Shown: positions 32,259 to 42,489 of the stretch, piece after piece
Numbering within the stretch: the first letter of the stretch is position 1
Layout of the letters: every line of letters begins with the position of its first letter
Virus record (IMG/VR): IMGVR_UViG_3300027852_000012
Span: 1-44,822 of that record
Strand: one strand, 5' to 3'
DNA length: 44,822 nt
Source: a virus
The notes under the pieces: model-generated
Seen by the model: the letters and a program-made list of their open reading frames with translations, nothing else
Told to the model about the DNA's origin: nothing
Databases searched by the model: none
Program-made: the position numbers and the translations under genes

Positions 32259-32521
32259 TGGGAGAAAGAACAGATCATGGTTTTGTGTACCTACCAGACA
32301 CTGCTGAGACTGCTGAAGTAGGCAAGAACCAATTCGATAATGCCTTTAAGGAATTAGACACCTTCCTTAAGAATCTGATTAATGAAAGTAGTGGAGCAAG
32401 TTCCTGCCTAGCACTTATCATCATCCGGCTAGCTGCTGAACTTGGCACCTTCTACCTAAATAATGAGAGATACTTCTCTACGGAGAAATATCAGAATGAT
32501 GGTTATTTGGAGCTTAGCTAA
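32258..32521 (+). CDS. Hypothetical structural-module protein (87 aa)
   Basis: SD GGAGG. TAATG overlaps on both sides. Confidence 0.5.
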   Translation: MGERTDHGFVYLPDTAETAEVGKNQFDNAFKELDTFLKNLINESSGASSCLALIIIRLAAELGTFYLNNERYFSTEKYQNDGYLELS

Positions 32522-34338
32522 TGTCAAAGGGAACAGAAATCTTTCGTGGGCTCAAGCCTAGTACACTATATAAATTCAAGATCAGGGCTACTAAGTGGGG
32601 AGGTAAGCAAGGGGATTGGTCTCCAGAGAAGGAGGTCTCTACTGATATCGTAGGCCCTCCTGAACAGCCAATTGTAAATGCGGGCTCAGAAGATCCAAGT
32701 ACTGGCTTCTTGTTCTTTAAGGGCTGGAGAATTTGGTGGGTTTGTCCGACTCCTTGTACAGGATTTCTAGTCAGACATGCTCAGATAATCGGGACCTATA
32801 AGTTATGGACCTTGCCCGTCTATATCCCGTTCAGAGCTAATCCAGAAAAGCACAATGGGCTAGATATTCAAGAACATACATTTGCAGGATGCATCTTAGG
32901 TTGGACGTATGAGTTTGAGGTTGTAGCCGTTAATAACCTTTTTGAGAGGAAGCTCTGGAGTGAGGCTGGCTCTAGTACAGCTACCATCGTAGATGAGACC
33001 GCTCCGAGTATACCTACAGGTCTTTCTGTAACTACTGGGCCTTGGAATAATATAATAGAATGGACTGCTTCACCTGAGACAGATACTGCCTATTATAAAC
33101 TATACGGTAGAGATGATGATGATGCTCCAGATGCTGGTGATTTCATAAAAAGGACTGCTGGCGCCAGTACTCATCCATTTGTCTACCATTTTTGGGCTGG
33201 AGAGGTTGATGCTAAAGATTGGAGATATTACGTTACCGCAGTTGATTGGGCAGATAACGAAAGTGACTTCTCTGAGAAGATACAGGAGTCTGATGATCCT
33301 CCTACGCCTGAGGTTCGTGAGCATAACTTCTTCTTTGGCACTTTGATTACTTGGTCGAGAGAAATAACAGATCATCACTACGATGTTTGGAGAAAATTAA
33401 GTAGTGAGGGAGATGAAACCTATACGCAAATAAATAGGCGTAAGCTTGGTGGAACTGTCTATGAATGGAATCTTCCCTGGTTTGTAGATTGGGGACAACA
33501 TGGTTTAGGCTTTGTATGGGGAACGAATTATGATTATAAGATAGAAACCACCAAGCAGAATATGAAGACGGCTATGTCCAATCATGTTACTACACAGCCG
33601 TTGAAGCCGAGCCTACCTGATGATACGGATGGTGACCTGCCTGAGAGTCGTTTGGACTTAACCTACGGTACTGCTTCTCTTTACTCAAGCATTGTTGCAA
33701 ACACCAACAGTATTGCCTTGAAAGTTAGTAGTACGGATTATGAACCTAATGATGTTATAGGAAAGGTTAATGCTTCAAGTCTGACATTGACCCCCAAGAG
33801 TATCACCTTACAGTCATCTGGTACAATAACTCTTGATGCTGGTAAAGCTCTTAATCTAACAGGCGGTACTATAAACATTACCTCAGGTACACTTAATGTA
33901 AACAATTCCAATGGTCTTGCTGTTGGGGCCTCTGGCGACATAAAACTTACAGTAGGAGCAGATATTATTTTTGATGGCTGTGCTAATTTGGATGCCACAG
34001 GTACAGGTATTTTTTTCCATCCTATCCTAACTGCTACGAAAGATCTTATTCTTGGTACTACCGGTACAAGGTGGAGGGACTTTAAAGCTTATGTCTCTTC
34101 AAATATCTATTTAAAAAGTGCTACTACCATTTTGCTAGAACCATCTAGTAACCTACATCTTGGTCACGATACCGAGACAGACAATGTTTATCTTAATACT
34201 ACTGGTACTGTTTATATAGGCAGTGCTAGTACAGATGAGGTAAAAATATACATCAAAGAAAAGTCGACAGGTAACTATATACAAAAAGAACTGCAATTTG
34301 GAACAGGAGCTACTGGTCAGTATGTTACAGTTGTTTAG
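32521..34338 (+). CDS. Tail fibre protein with FN3-like repeats and a beta-helical C-terminal region
   Basis: 605 aa. FN3 signatures: LKPSTLYKFKIRA and PTGLSVTTGPWNNIIEWTASPETDTAYYKLYGR...YYVTAVDWADNESDFS. C-terminal repeats: SGTITLDAGKALNLTGGTINITSGTLNV. Confidence 0.6.
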   Translation: MSKGTEIFRGLKPSTLYKFKIRATKWGGKQGDWSPEKEVSTDIVGPPEQPIVNAGSEDPSTGFLFFKGWRIWWVCPTPCTGFLVRHAQIIGTYKLWTLPVYIPFRANPEKHNGLDIQEHTFAGCILGWTYEFEVVAVNNLFERKLWSEAGSSTATIVDETAPSIPTGLSVTTGPWNNIIEWTASPETDTAYYKLYGRDDDDAPDAGDFIKRTAGASTHPFVYHFWAGEVDAKDWRYYVTAVDWADNESDFSEKIQESDDPPTPEVREHNFFFGTLITWSREITDHHYDVWRKLSSEGDETYTQINRRKLGGTVYEWNLPWFVDWGQHGLGFVWGTNYDYKIETTKQNMKTAMSNHVTTQPLKPSLPDDTDGDLPESRLDLTYGTASLYSSIVANTNSIALKVSSTDYEPNDVIGKVNASSLTLTPKSITLQSSGTITLDAGKALNLTGGTINITSGTLNVNNSNGLAVGASGDIKLTVGADIIFDGCANLDATGTGIFFHPILTATKDLILGTTGTRWRDFKAYVSSNIYLKSATTILLEPSSNLHLGHDTETDNVYLNTTGTVYIGSASTDEVKIYIKEKSTGNYIQKELQFGTGATGQYVTVV

Positions 34339-34356
34339 GTTTGTGGAGGGCTAACA

Positions 34357-34530
34357 ATGGAGAAGGACTTTAACGAGAAGTTAGATGGGGTAATTAGTAC
34401 TATTAGGAACTATGTAAAACTATTCAAACAACAGGAGCAGGGGAATAAATTAAGTGACTTTGCTTTATCAGCCTTTGAGCAAGTAATAGAACAGGAGTTA
34501 GTGAAACTAAATCAGTTAAAGGAGGACTAG
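34357..34530 (+). CDS. Hypothetical small helical protein (57 aa)
   Basis: Not in the ORF track. SD GGAGGG. Sequence begins MEKDFNEKLDGVISTIRNYVKLFKQQEQG... Confidence 0.45.
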   Translation: MEKDFNEKLDGVISTIRNYVKLFKQQEQGNKLSDFALSAFEQVIEQELVKLNQLKED

Positions 34531-34531
34531 A

Positions 34532-34765
34532 ATGGGAAAGACGTGGAGCGGAAGTCGGAACGGAACAGAGCCTTGTACAGATAGGAGGCATCTTTGGGTT
34601 GCTACTCTGGCTATAGTTTGTATTACTTTCTTAGAGAGCTTAGCCCTGCTTAAAGGCATCAATGGGAAATTGTTTAGCTTGACTGTATTTATAATAGGAG
34701 GATTAGGTGGCTATAGTGTTGGACCATTAATAAGAGGATTCTTATATGGCCAAGATCGTAAATAG
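34532..34765 (+). CDS. Small two-TM membrane protein (holin-like topology)
   Basis: 77 aa with the SD AAGGAGGA. Hydrophobic segments: LWVATLAIVCITFLESLALL and LFSLTVFIIGGLGGYSVGPLI. Confidence 0.4.
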   Translation: MGKTWSGSRNGTEPCTDRRHLWVATLAIVCITFLESLALLKGINGKLFSLTVFIIGGLGGYSVGPLIRGFLYGQDRK

Positions 34766-35168
34766 TGAAGTAACTGGGGATGAGACTTATAGGTTCCTAT
34801 CTCTCTTATATAGATATGCTGGCAAGGTTGAAGATGCTAACAGTCCTATAGACATTATAAGAATGCTTGGTGGTAACGATTTGGCCCTTATTGGCAGTTA
34901 TATAAATGATAAGCCTGTTGGATATATATTAGTCGAACCACAAGGAGAAGAGGCCGTTATGCTACAGGCCTACTCTCAAGACTCCAAGTGCTCTAAGCCC
35001 ATGTTTAGGTACTTATGCAAATGGGCCCTTAAACAAGGATTTGAGAGGGTAGCGGGATACACAAAGAGAAGTCCTAAGGCTTGGAAAAGGAAATACGACC
35101 TAGATATTATTGAATACAAAATAGGAAAGGAGTTGATTGATTATGGGATCGAGGCCAGCAAGAAGTAG
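34746..35168 (+). CDS. GNAT-like acetyltransferase fold, tentative (140 aa)
   Basis: The pattern PVGYILVEPQGEEAVMLQAYS...FRYLCKWALKQGFERVAGYT...AWKRKY is weakly GNAT-like. Confidence 0.3.
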   Translation: MAKIVNSEVTGDETYRFLSLLYRYAGKVEDANSPIDIIRMLGGNDLALIGSYINDKPVGYILVEPQGEEAVMLQAYSQDSKCSKPMFRYLCKWALKQGFERVAGYTKRSPKAWKRKYDLDIIEYKIGKELIDYGIEASKK

Positions 35169-35727
35169 CTCAAGACCAGAGTGGCCTGTTGGCAGTCAAG
35201 AGATGCGAGGCTATCTGGCTCCTGAGTTAGTAAGAGGAATGAGAGGCGAACTTACTTCTGGACAAGAGGCAGGTATGATGAGGTCTGAAGATGAGGTGAG
35301 GAGGCAGACTGCCATTTCTAGGGAACAATTATTGAGGGATATGGGTAGGATGCCTGGAGTGCCCGGCCCTGAGCGCTATGAAGGGCTAAGGAGATTACAA
35401 GATCAACAAGTTAAGTCTCTAGCCGGTATTCAGGCTACTACTAGGGTAGGAGCTCAACAGCAAGCAATGGCCCAAGCACTAAAGTACTCTATGCAGGCTC
35501 CTGGACAAGTAACCACCAGTCAAGGACCTAAGACTAGTACTGGGGCTATGATTGGGCAGGCTCTTGGTACTGCTGCTATGGGCATGGGTGGCATGGCCTT
35601 AGGAGGTGGAATGGGTGCGGGAGCAGGTATGGGAGCAGGTATGTCTTCAATGCCATCAGGAGGAGCAGCTAGTGTATATCCTCCAGGATGGGGACAATCT
35701 TTTAGCAATCAGCTAGTTGCTACATAG
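35143..35727 (+). CDS. Internal-virion-type protein with a Gly/Met/Ala low-complexity C-terminus
   Basis: Start re-picked to the ATG at 35143, with the SD AAAGGAG. Low-complexity stretch: AMGMGGMALGGGMGAGAGMGAGMSSMPSGG. Confidence 0.45.
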   Translation: MGSRPARSSSRPEWPVGSQEMRGYLAPELVRGMRGELTSGQEAGMMRSEDEVRRQTAISREQLLRDMGRMPGVPGPERYEGLRRLQDQQVKSLAGIQATTRVGAQQQAMAQALKYSMQAPGQVTTSQGPKTSTGAMIGQALGTAAMGMGGMALGGGMGAGAGMGAGMSSMPSGGAASVYPPGWGQSFSNQLVAT

Positions 35728-35739
35728 GGAGGTGGTGAT

Positions 35740-36606
35740 ATGCCAGATACGGGTGTTAATATTGGATCACAATTACTGCAGGGATTCGTACAAGGGAAGA
35801 AAATAAAACTTGAGCAAGATAGATTGAAGCAGGAATCTAAGACTCAGGAAGAGCTCACCACTCATAGAACTAGATTGTGGGAGTTGCAGGAGAAGCAGCT
35901 ACAGCAAGGCCAAGCCCAACATGAAGATATGATGCAATATAGAGGAGAGGAGTTAGAGGTTAGACGAGAGGGTACTGAAGCTACTAAGGCCTACCGTGAG
36001 GAAACTATCAAGCTGAAAGATACCTATCAACAAGTTCTCAATATGTATAATGAGCAAAGGCTAGGAGCACAGAGAGCCACTGCTGTCTCTGGAGCTATTG
36101 GAGATTACTCCGATGCTGTCATGACTGCTTATAGTAAGGAATTAGAAATGGGCCCTGTCGGAGTACAGCAAGCCCTAGCTACTGCTAAGCAAGCTCTATC
36201 CAATCAGTTAGCTGTTCTCGGTCTTGATGAGGAGGAGATGGAAGGCATTATGAATCAGTCAGCTATCTTTGATCAGTTATTTGGTCAAGAGCAGGAGCAA
36301 GGAGGCGCTGCTACCGGAGGTCCTCCTGCTGAGCAGGCTGGCACGTTAGATAGAGTTAGAAGTGCTATGTCAGGCGTACCAGAAAGAGGAATGACTGGGG
36401 ATGTGTGGTCTGGCTTGAAAGGTATGATGGGTAGTATGCCTTCAGATGATGACGTCTGGGATATGTATCTTGATGGTGCCTTCGGAGCTAAGCCTACTGG
36501 TCCTGATGATACTCCTGTTAATCCTCCTGAGAGAGAAGCTATGAAAAACGCTCAGAAGTATCTTGCTAACATTAAGGCAATGAGAGGTGGCAATGCCGGA
36601 CAGTAA
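35740..36606 (+). CDS. Internal-virion-type coiled-coil protein (288 aa)
   Basis: SD GGGAGGTGG. Gln/Glu-rich helical composition. It precedes the giant protein, as in podovirus ejection-protein sets. Confidence 0.45.
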   Translation: MPDTGVNIGSQLLQGFVQGKKIKLEQDRLKQESKTQEELTTHRTRLWELQEKQLQQGQAQHEDMMQYRGEELEVRREGTEATKAYREETIKLKDTYQQVLNMYNEQRLGAQRATAVSGAIGDYSDAVMTAYSKELEMGPVGVQQALATAKQALSNQLAVLGLDEEEMEGIMNQSAIFDQLFGQEQEQGGAATGGPPAEQAGTLDRVRSAMSGVPERGMTGDVWSGLKGMMGSMPSDDDVWDMYLDGAFGAKPTGPDDTPVNPPEREAMKNAQKYLANIKAMRGGNAGQ

Positions 36607-39600
36607 AGGACGTAAGATGCTAATGGAGGGATCTGTTACTACTGAAAGATCCCATCTTACCAATACTCTTAAGCAAGTTCAAAGCAAGAAGCGGCTTGGT
36701 GAAATAATGCGGAGGCATAAGATTGTTCAATCCATCGGCCTAGATAAGCCTGTTAGTCCTTGGGAGGTAATGCCCCAGGATCTTAGGGGTTTATGGAAGG
36801 AGGAACATTCCAAGCCTGGTCCTGTTGTTCACAAGGTCAGAGGCGGGAAGACACTAGCCGCCCCTGAGACGTTACGTCCTGCAGGAAGTAGGGAGGATGT
36901 AATACAGTCAGTAAGGAAGTTTTTGAAAACTGAAGCTGAGCCTGCTGCCCTTAGACCTACTACTCCAAAGCCAACAAAGGCCACTAGGCTATTACCTAAG
37001 ACTGAGGGAGCTAAGACTGTCCTGAAGCAGGAGCCTTGGAATGAGCTCTTTTGGAAGTTGCAGACTAAGGCCAATAAGGCTAAGGCGCCAGAGGAGTACC
37101 TCAAGACCCAGCTTAGGAGGTTTATTAATATGGGCGAGAGGTTTGCTAAGCAGTGGCCTGCTCAAGCTAAGTGGTTTAAGAATGCTGCCGGCGGTAGAGG
37201 AAAGCTAGGTATTGCTGCTGCTACGGCTGGCCTGGCTGCTTATGAGATGATGAGACCTGAAGAAGCTGAGGCTAAGATACCTAGGCTAAGTGCTACACAG
37301 TTATCTACCATGGGAAGGCTACTAGAGAGCTTACCAGAGAAGTTTACCTTTAAAGAAGGTGTAAATGTTGCTAGGCAGCAGCTCAGCCTAAGAAGTATGG
37401 TTGATGCTGACCCAGTGGCTCCTCTCGATAAAATACTTAAAACTTTAGAATACACTGGGGATATTAAGGTAGCAAACATGGGAAATTATCTCCCAGGCAG
37501 AACATTTGAAAAGGGGCTAGGGGCTATAACTAGAACTTTTAGAGAGCACCTAGAGACAGGAAAAGAGCTTCAGAGTCTCTATAAGATACACGTAGGCATT
37601 CCTAAGATTCCTGTTTCGAAAAGGGAAACACAAATTGCCCTGCTCAAGCAGGCTTACAGAGTTGGAAAAGCTACATATCGTCCTAAAGAGAGAGCTGTAT
37701 CTACCACAGTCGACAAGCTTGTAAGAGCCGCTGCAGGCACTTTTGGGCGACCAGTAACCGCTACGGAACTACTTAAGAGAGGATATGTTAGAGGAGGAAG
37801 AAGTCTTATAGAACCTCTAATTAGGGACATTCCAGGAGGGCGTAAGTTCACCATTAAAGCACGAACTATAACCAACTTAGCTAAGAGATGTACTGAGGAT
37901 GCTGTGCAAGGTACTCGGGGCCTATCTTTAAATCGAGTAACACGCCGACCAGAATCGGTTGTGATGCCTCTTTCTAAGTTTCGTGACCCTCATTGGTTTT
38001 ACTATGAGACTAGCACTCAAGATATTCTTGGTCGCTCAGTTTCTAAAGAAGAAGTTTGGGAAAAAACTAGTGAGAAAGTTTTGCAGAAGCTAATAAAGAA
38101 TGGAGACGTTGAGGTACTTAAGGGCTCGGCAGCAACTGAAACTAGGCTCTCTTTTGAGCCCTATGTTAGAAAGCAATTAGCTATACCCATTAATGAAGAA
38201 TTGCTTCGAGAGGCTACTAGAACTTCTGAAGTTCGTATATTAGAGGCAGCTAGTGAAGGAATAGAGTCCTTAGATCATATGTTTGCTGGGTCTAATTTAC
38301 TTTATCGACTACAACATTATGGAATAAGACCTCCTAAAGCTATTAAGGACTCCGCAATAGCTACAGCCCGTGTTACCAAATTAACTATAGACAAGTTGAT
38401 AGAACAAGGACTGTTAAGTAAGGAGGCTGGCCGACTAACTGCTGGTCCTCAACTACGTCCTATTATAGCTGAGCACAGAGCCTTAAAAGCAGCTGAGCAA
38501 GCCAAGCTTAGAAAGGGAGTCTTAGACTCTCTAACTCCAGCTGCTTCTCCTCTTGAGGACTTCTTATCTAGAGCAGAGAAGGCTCTCCCTGAAGGCATAT
38601 CTGCTAAAGAGTTTAAGCGTAAGTACCCTTCAGCTGTTGCTAAGTACAAGGAGTACTTTACTGAGTGGTTTCAGAAAGGCAGAATAGAGCCACAGGATGT
38701 AGCGGCTCTTCGACATAAAGTTGGAGATATTAAATACAGAGTTGGTTGGACAACACCTGACAGTGTAGTATCTTCTGGAGAGCTTACTGCGATACCTGAC
38801 GGCTCTAAGATGTTCATGAGAGTAACTGCTGATATTCCTTACTTAGATAGAGTCTTTAAGAAATACCCTGATATTGCTCATGCGCATGCTCCTCCCTACA
38901 CTCTTGAGAATAAGGTGCCTACTCTTGGTTGGTTTAAAATATACCCACGCACAAAAAGCAAGATGTGGTACATTGAAGAGATTCAATCCGATATGCTTTC
39001 CAAGATAGATCAAGCAATACGTAAACCAAAAACAAAAGAGGCAGATATCGCTGCTCTCAAAGATCTGCGTAAGCGCTATGAGGATTGGGCTGACTATGGC
39101 TTAGCTACTGTTATGAAAGAAGCAAGAAAGAATGATATTCAATATGTTTCTATGATAACAGATAAGTCTGTGCAGGACTTGTGGAAGGGTGTCCTAGGAG
39201 AGAAGAAAGCTAAACAGTTCTATAAGGACCTACCTAAGAGAATGGGCTTTAGCGCCGAGGAGACCTCTCTCAAAGCACTTGATCCACAACTGAGTTCAGA
39301 GGTCCTCACAAGAGGCAGAGTGCCCTCTATACTATTTGCGCTAGGCACAGGTACAGCAGCAGCCACACTCCTTGATAAGGAAGCTGAGGCCTCTACAGGT
39401 AAGCAACAATTACTAGGAGGATCGCCGCAACCCACCGCAGAGCCGCCCTTGTCACTTCCTCCGGCTGAAAGCTCTGGGAAGCGGCTGTTCCTCTCTAGTG
39501 CTACTGAGGAGCAAATAGCAGAGGAACAATCCAAGATACCAGAATGGACAGAGGAGGAGCTGGAGGAATATGGCGAGATATATCAAGCAGCACCACCTAA

Positions 39601-42283
39601 CCTAAAGGAGAAGATAGCTGAGCTGTTTGGCTTTCCGTTATTAGGCAAGATGCCTCTGTGGTATCCAGGCAAGGATCCTAAGCAGTATTATGCGGATTGG
39701 AAGAATCTCATGCGTAACCCTCTCACTAAGGAAGAGATTAATACCAGTATGAAATCAAGTCTTGAGTGGGGCTTGATGGGAATGGCTAACTTGCCTGGCT
39801 CCATAGCAGGTCTCGGCGCAATGGCAATGGCAGAGAAACCTGAAGGGCTTGGACTTGCGGCAGTTGCTGGAGGTGCTTTGGCCGGCTTGGCTAAGCGCTA
39901 TAAGATTGGGCATCCACTATTTAAAGCTGGAGAGAAGTTCGGAGGCTTTGCCTATAGGAAATTGGGTCCTGCTAAGCTGAGGGCTAGGATGGAACCTAAG
40001 ACCTATACAGAGGCATTCAAGAAAGATCCTCTACGGTGGTTAGGTAAGCAACTGAACTTCAATAATATGGACCTACCTACTAGGCAGATATTCCGTAAGC
40101 GTTTCGCAGCCATGGGCTTAGATCAGAAGACTGCCTTAGGTCTCTATAAGATAGCTACAAACGGTCTCAATAGTAAAGAGAGACTACTAATGGGTGAGAT
40201 GCTCACTAAGGGCTGGTATGCCTCCAGGTCTTATCTCAAGGCTCATAAAGGTGGTGGTCGAACCTATTATGAGAGAATAGGCCATAAGTTAAAGGACGCT
40301 GTAGATCTAGGCACTAAGGAAAAACCTCCTGCTACCATGCAAGAAGTATACCAACGAAAAGTAGCGCAGATAGTAGGTCCTAAGAGAGAAGTTCCTACAG
40401 CTATGAGTACCTTATATCAGCAAGCTAAGGAAGCCGGTATAAAGCCTAAGAATATCTTAAAAGTATATAAGAGGGCCCTAGGAGTTAGGAAACTAATGTC
40501 TGAGGCAGGCCAGCAAGCTGTTAAGACAGAGGGTGTGCCACTTGAGCACGCTGTCTATCGTGCTAACTTAGAACATTACATCCCTTTCATATATAAGAAT
40601 AAAGAACTACAAGAGCTTGTAGCACCTCAGCTTGGTGATGTATTTAGGAAGATGACCTACAAGGATAGGCTAAGGCTCAATCGCTTTATTCGGAAGCTAA
40701 ATATGAAGCCAGAGGACTACGATAAGCTAGGTCTTGTACTAGAACCAGCAGGACCTATTATGAAAGGCTACGCACAAGTGATGAGGGATGTTGAGACAGC
40801 TAAGATGTTCAGTAAGCTAGCCAACTATAGCAATGCTTCTAGTAGTAAGGCCTCCAAGAAGTTCACAGTGAAGGTACCTGATCATATTAGGTATGGCGCT
40901 ATGAGGGGCAGATATACTACTCCAGCTATTAACAACGAACTCCTAGGCTATGAAAGAGAGGCTACTGCTATTGAGAAGTTCTTTAATAAGGCCCTATCTC
41001 CTTGGAAAGTAGGTAAGGTCATCCTATCTCCGACAACTCATGCACGTAATATTGTTAGTAATGCCATCTTAGCAGATTTGGGTGGCTTACCTCCTTGGCG
41101 TGTGGATATATACTCCCGAGCTCTTAAGAGTCTAATATCTCAGGATAAGTGGTATAAGGAAGCAGGCGAGGAGTTAATGGGTGGCACTTGGTATGGTAAG
41201 GAAGTCTATGCTGGGTTAGGTCCTATAACTGGTCGTAGCATGTTTGATTGGATACTACGTGGCACAGGCGGTGGTGTAGGAGCTTGGATAGGAGGAGAAG
41301 TTGGCGAGGAGATGGGAGGTACTGCAGGAGGAGTTATTGGAGCTGCAGCGGGACTAGGTGCCGGTTGGAAATTCACCAAGCATGCCGGGTCATTATATCA
41401 AGTTGAGGAGCAGTTCTTCAAACTAGCAAAGTATATCCACAATGTAGAATCATTCGGTATGACAAAGCAAGCAGCTAGAATGGATGCTGAGAAGTGTCTG
41501 TTCAATTATGGGGATGCTCCGCCGGCGTTGAAGTGGACTAGGACCTACTTACATCCCTTCGCCACCTTCTCCTATAAAGCTATACCTAGAATAGCTGAGA
41601 CTGTTGTTAAGCATCCTCTACGTATTGGGAAGTACTTTGTAGGCTTTGAGGCAGCGAGGCAGCATTCTCTAGCTAGTCTTAATATTAGTAAATCGGAGTG
41701 GGAGCACATTGAGGAAGTGCTCCCTCAGTACATAAAGCAAGGGAACTACCTTCTTCTGCCCTATAGGGATAGTAAAGGAAGACTCCAAATGATGGATTGG
41801 ACCTACATACTACCATGGGGAGATATTAACGAAATACAACAGAGGGGCCCTCTTGGTAAGATAATAGCTAATCCTCTTATTACGATGCCTATGGAAATAA
41901 AAATGAATAGGAATGCTTTAGGTATGCCTATATGGTATGAGTGGAATAGTCCCCAGGAGAAGGCCGCCAAGCTCTTTCGTTATATGGGCATGCAGATGAT
42001 GCCATCTCTAACTCCTGAGGTAGGCTATAACTGGGAGCACTTACACCGTGCCTTCGAAGGACAAAAGAAAGCACTCACGGTTCCTCAAGCCGTGGGCGCT
42101 AGTCTCTTTGGTGCCAAGATTAAACCTATTAATGTTCAAGCGGAAGCTAAGAAAGCAGCTTTTAGGAAGAGACTTCAGAAGTCCCAGATGAAAAGTGAGC
42201 TCAGAAGAAAGCTGGAACGTGGAGCCGAACGTGAAGGAGCTCGTAAGGACTATAGAGAGAATCTCAAGAGGCTTTATCGCTAA
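36587..42283 (+). CDS. Giant (1898 aa) internal virion / ejection-type protein, putative
   Basis: The longest ORF and the last gene of the structural arm. Gly-rich hydrophobic segments: GLGAMAMAEKPEGLGLAAVAGGALAGLA and GGGVGAWIGGEVGEEMGGTAGGVIGAAAGLGAGW. I recognised no catalytic motif. The start is GTG 36587 or ATG 36593. Confidence 0.5.
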   Translation: MAMPDSKGRKMLMEGSVTTERSHLTNTLKQVQSKKRLGEIMRRHKIVQSIGLDKPVSPWEVMPQDLRGLWKEEHSKPGPVVHKVRGGKTLAAPETLRPAGSREDVIQSVRKFLKTEAEPAALRPTTPKPTKATRLLPKTEGAKTVLKQEPWNELFWKLQTKANKAKAPEEYLKTQLRRFINMGERFAKQWPAQAKWFKNAAGGRGKLGIAAATAGLAAYEMMRPEEAEAKIPRLSATQLSTMGRLLESLPEKFTFKEGVNVARQQLSLRSMVDADPVAPLDKILKTLEYTGDIKVANMGNYLPGRTFEKGLGAITRTFREHLETGKELQSLYKIHVGIPKIPVSKRETQIALLKQAYRVGKATYRPKERAVSTTVDKLVRAAAGTFGRPVTATELLKRGYVRGGRSLIEPLIRDIPGGRKFTIKARTITNLAKRCTEDAVQGTRGLSLNRVTRRPESVVMPLSKFRDPHWFYYETSTQDILGRSVSKEEVWEKTSEKVLQKLIKNGDVEVLKGSAATETRLSFEPYVRKQLAIPINEELLREATRTSEVRILEAASEGIESLDHMFAGSNLLYRLQHYGIRPPKAIKDSAIATARVTKLTIDKLIEQGLLSKEAGRLTAGPQLRPIIAEHRALKAAEQAKLRKGVLDSLTPAASPLEDFLSRAEKALPEGISAKEFKRKYPSAVAKYKEYFTEWFQKGRIEPQDVAALRHKVGDIKYRVGWTTPDSVVSSGELTAIPDGSKMFMRVTADIPYLDRVFKKYPDIAHAHAPPYTLENKVPTLGWFKIYPRTKSKMWYIEEIQSDMLSKIDQAIRKPKTKEADIAALKDLRKRYEDWADYGLATVMKEARKNDIQYVSMITDKSVQDLWKGVLGEKKAKQFYKDLPKRMGFSAEETSLKALDPQLSSEVLTRGRVPSILFALGTGTAAATLLDKEAEASTGKQQLLGGSPQPTAEPPLSLPPAESSGKRLFLSSATEEQIAEEQSKIPEWTEEELEEYGEIYQAAPPNLKEKIAELFGFPLLGKMPLWYPGKDPKQYYADWKNLMRNPLTKEEINTSMKSSLEWGLMGMANLPGSIAGLGAMAMAEKPEGLGLAAVAGGALAGLAKRYKIGHPLFKAGEKFGGFAYRKLGPAKLRARMEPKTYTEAFKKDPLRWLGKQLNFNNMDLPTRQIFRKRFAAMGLDQKTALGLYKIATNGLNSKERLLMGEMLTKGWYASRSYLKAHKGGGRTYYERIGHKLKDAVDLGTKEKPPATMQEVYQRKVAQIVGPKREVPTAMSTLYQQAKEAGIKPKNILKVYKRALGVRKLMSEAGQQAVKTEGVPLEHAVYRANLEHYIPFIYKNKELQELVAPQLGDVFRKMTYKDRLRLNRFIRKLNMKPEDYDKLGLVLEPAGPIMKGYAQVMRDVETAKMFSKLANYSNASSSKASKKFTVKVPDHIRYGAMRGRYTTPAINNELLGYEREATAIEKFFNKALSPWKVGKVILSPTTHARNIVSNAILADLGGLPPWRVDIYSRALKSLISQDKWYKEAGEELMGGTWYGKEVYAGLGPITGRSMFDWILRGTGGGVGAWIGGEVGEEMGGTAGGVIGAAAGLGAGWKFTKHAGSLYQVEEQFFKLAKYIHNVESFGMTKQAARMDAEKCLFNYGDAPPALKWTRTYLHPFATFSYKAIPRIAETVVKHPLRIGKYFVGFEAARQHSLASLNISKSEWEHIEEVLPQYIKQGNYLLLPYRDSKGRLQMMDWTYILPWGDINEIQQRGPLGKIIANPLITMPMEIKMNRNALGMPIWYEWNSPQEKAAKLFRYMGMQMMPSLTPEVGYNWEHLHRAFEGQKKALTVPQAVGASLFGAKIKPINVQAEAKKAAFRKRLQKSQMKSELRRKLERGAEREGARKDYRENLKRLYR

Positions 42284-42479
42284 GCCAGAACTTTGCTTTA
42301 ATCACGCCTTTTGTACGATGCTCCAACCTAAATGCATGCTCAAAAGAAGGATGATATCCTCTTTCCCATTTAGATATTGTTGATCGATCTACGCCAAGAT
42401 TTTTTCCCAATTCTCCTTGGGTGAGTTTTTGGCTCTCCCTCCAATAACACAGTTTCCTTCCTAACGTATAGTTTCTCAT
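42264..42479 (-). CDS. Xre-family helix-turn-helix transcriptional regulator (71 aa)
   Basis: GRKLCYWRESQKLTQGELGKNLGVDRSTISKWERG is a classic Xre HTH. The 3' end overlaps the giant gene by 20 nt in convergent orientation. Confidence 0.7.
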   Translation of the reverse strand: MRNYTLGRKLCYWRESQKLTQGELGKNLGVDRSTISKWERGYHPSFEHAFRLEHRTKGVIKAKFWLSDKAS

Positions 42480-42489
42480 TTTAATCCTC

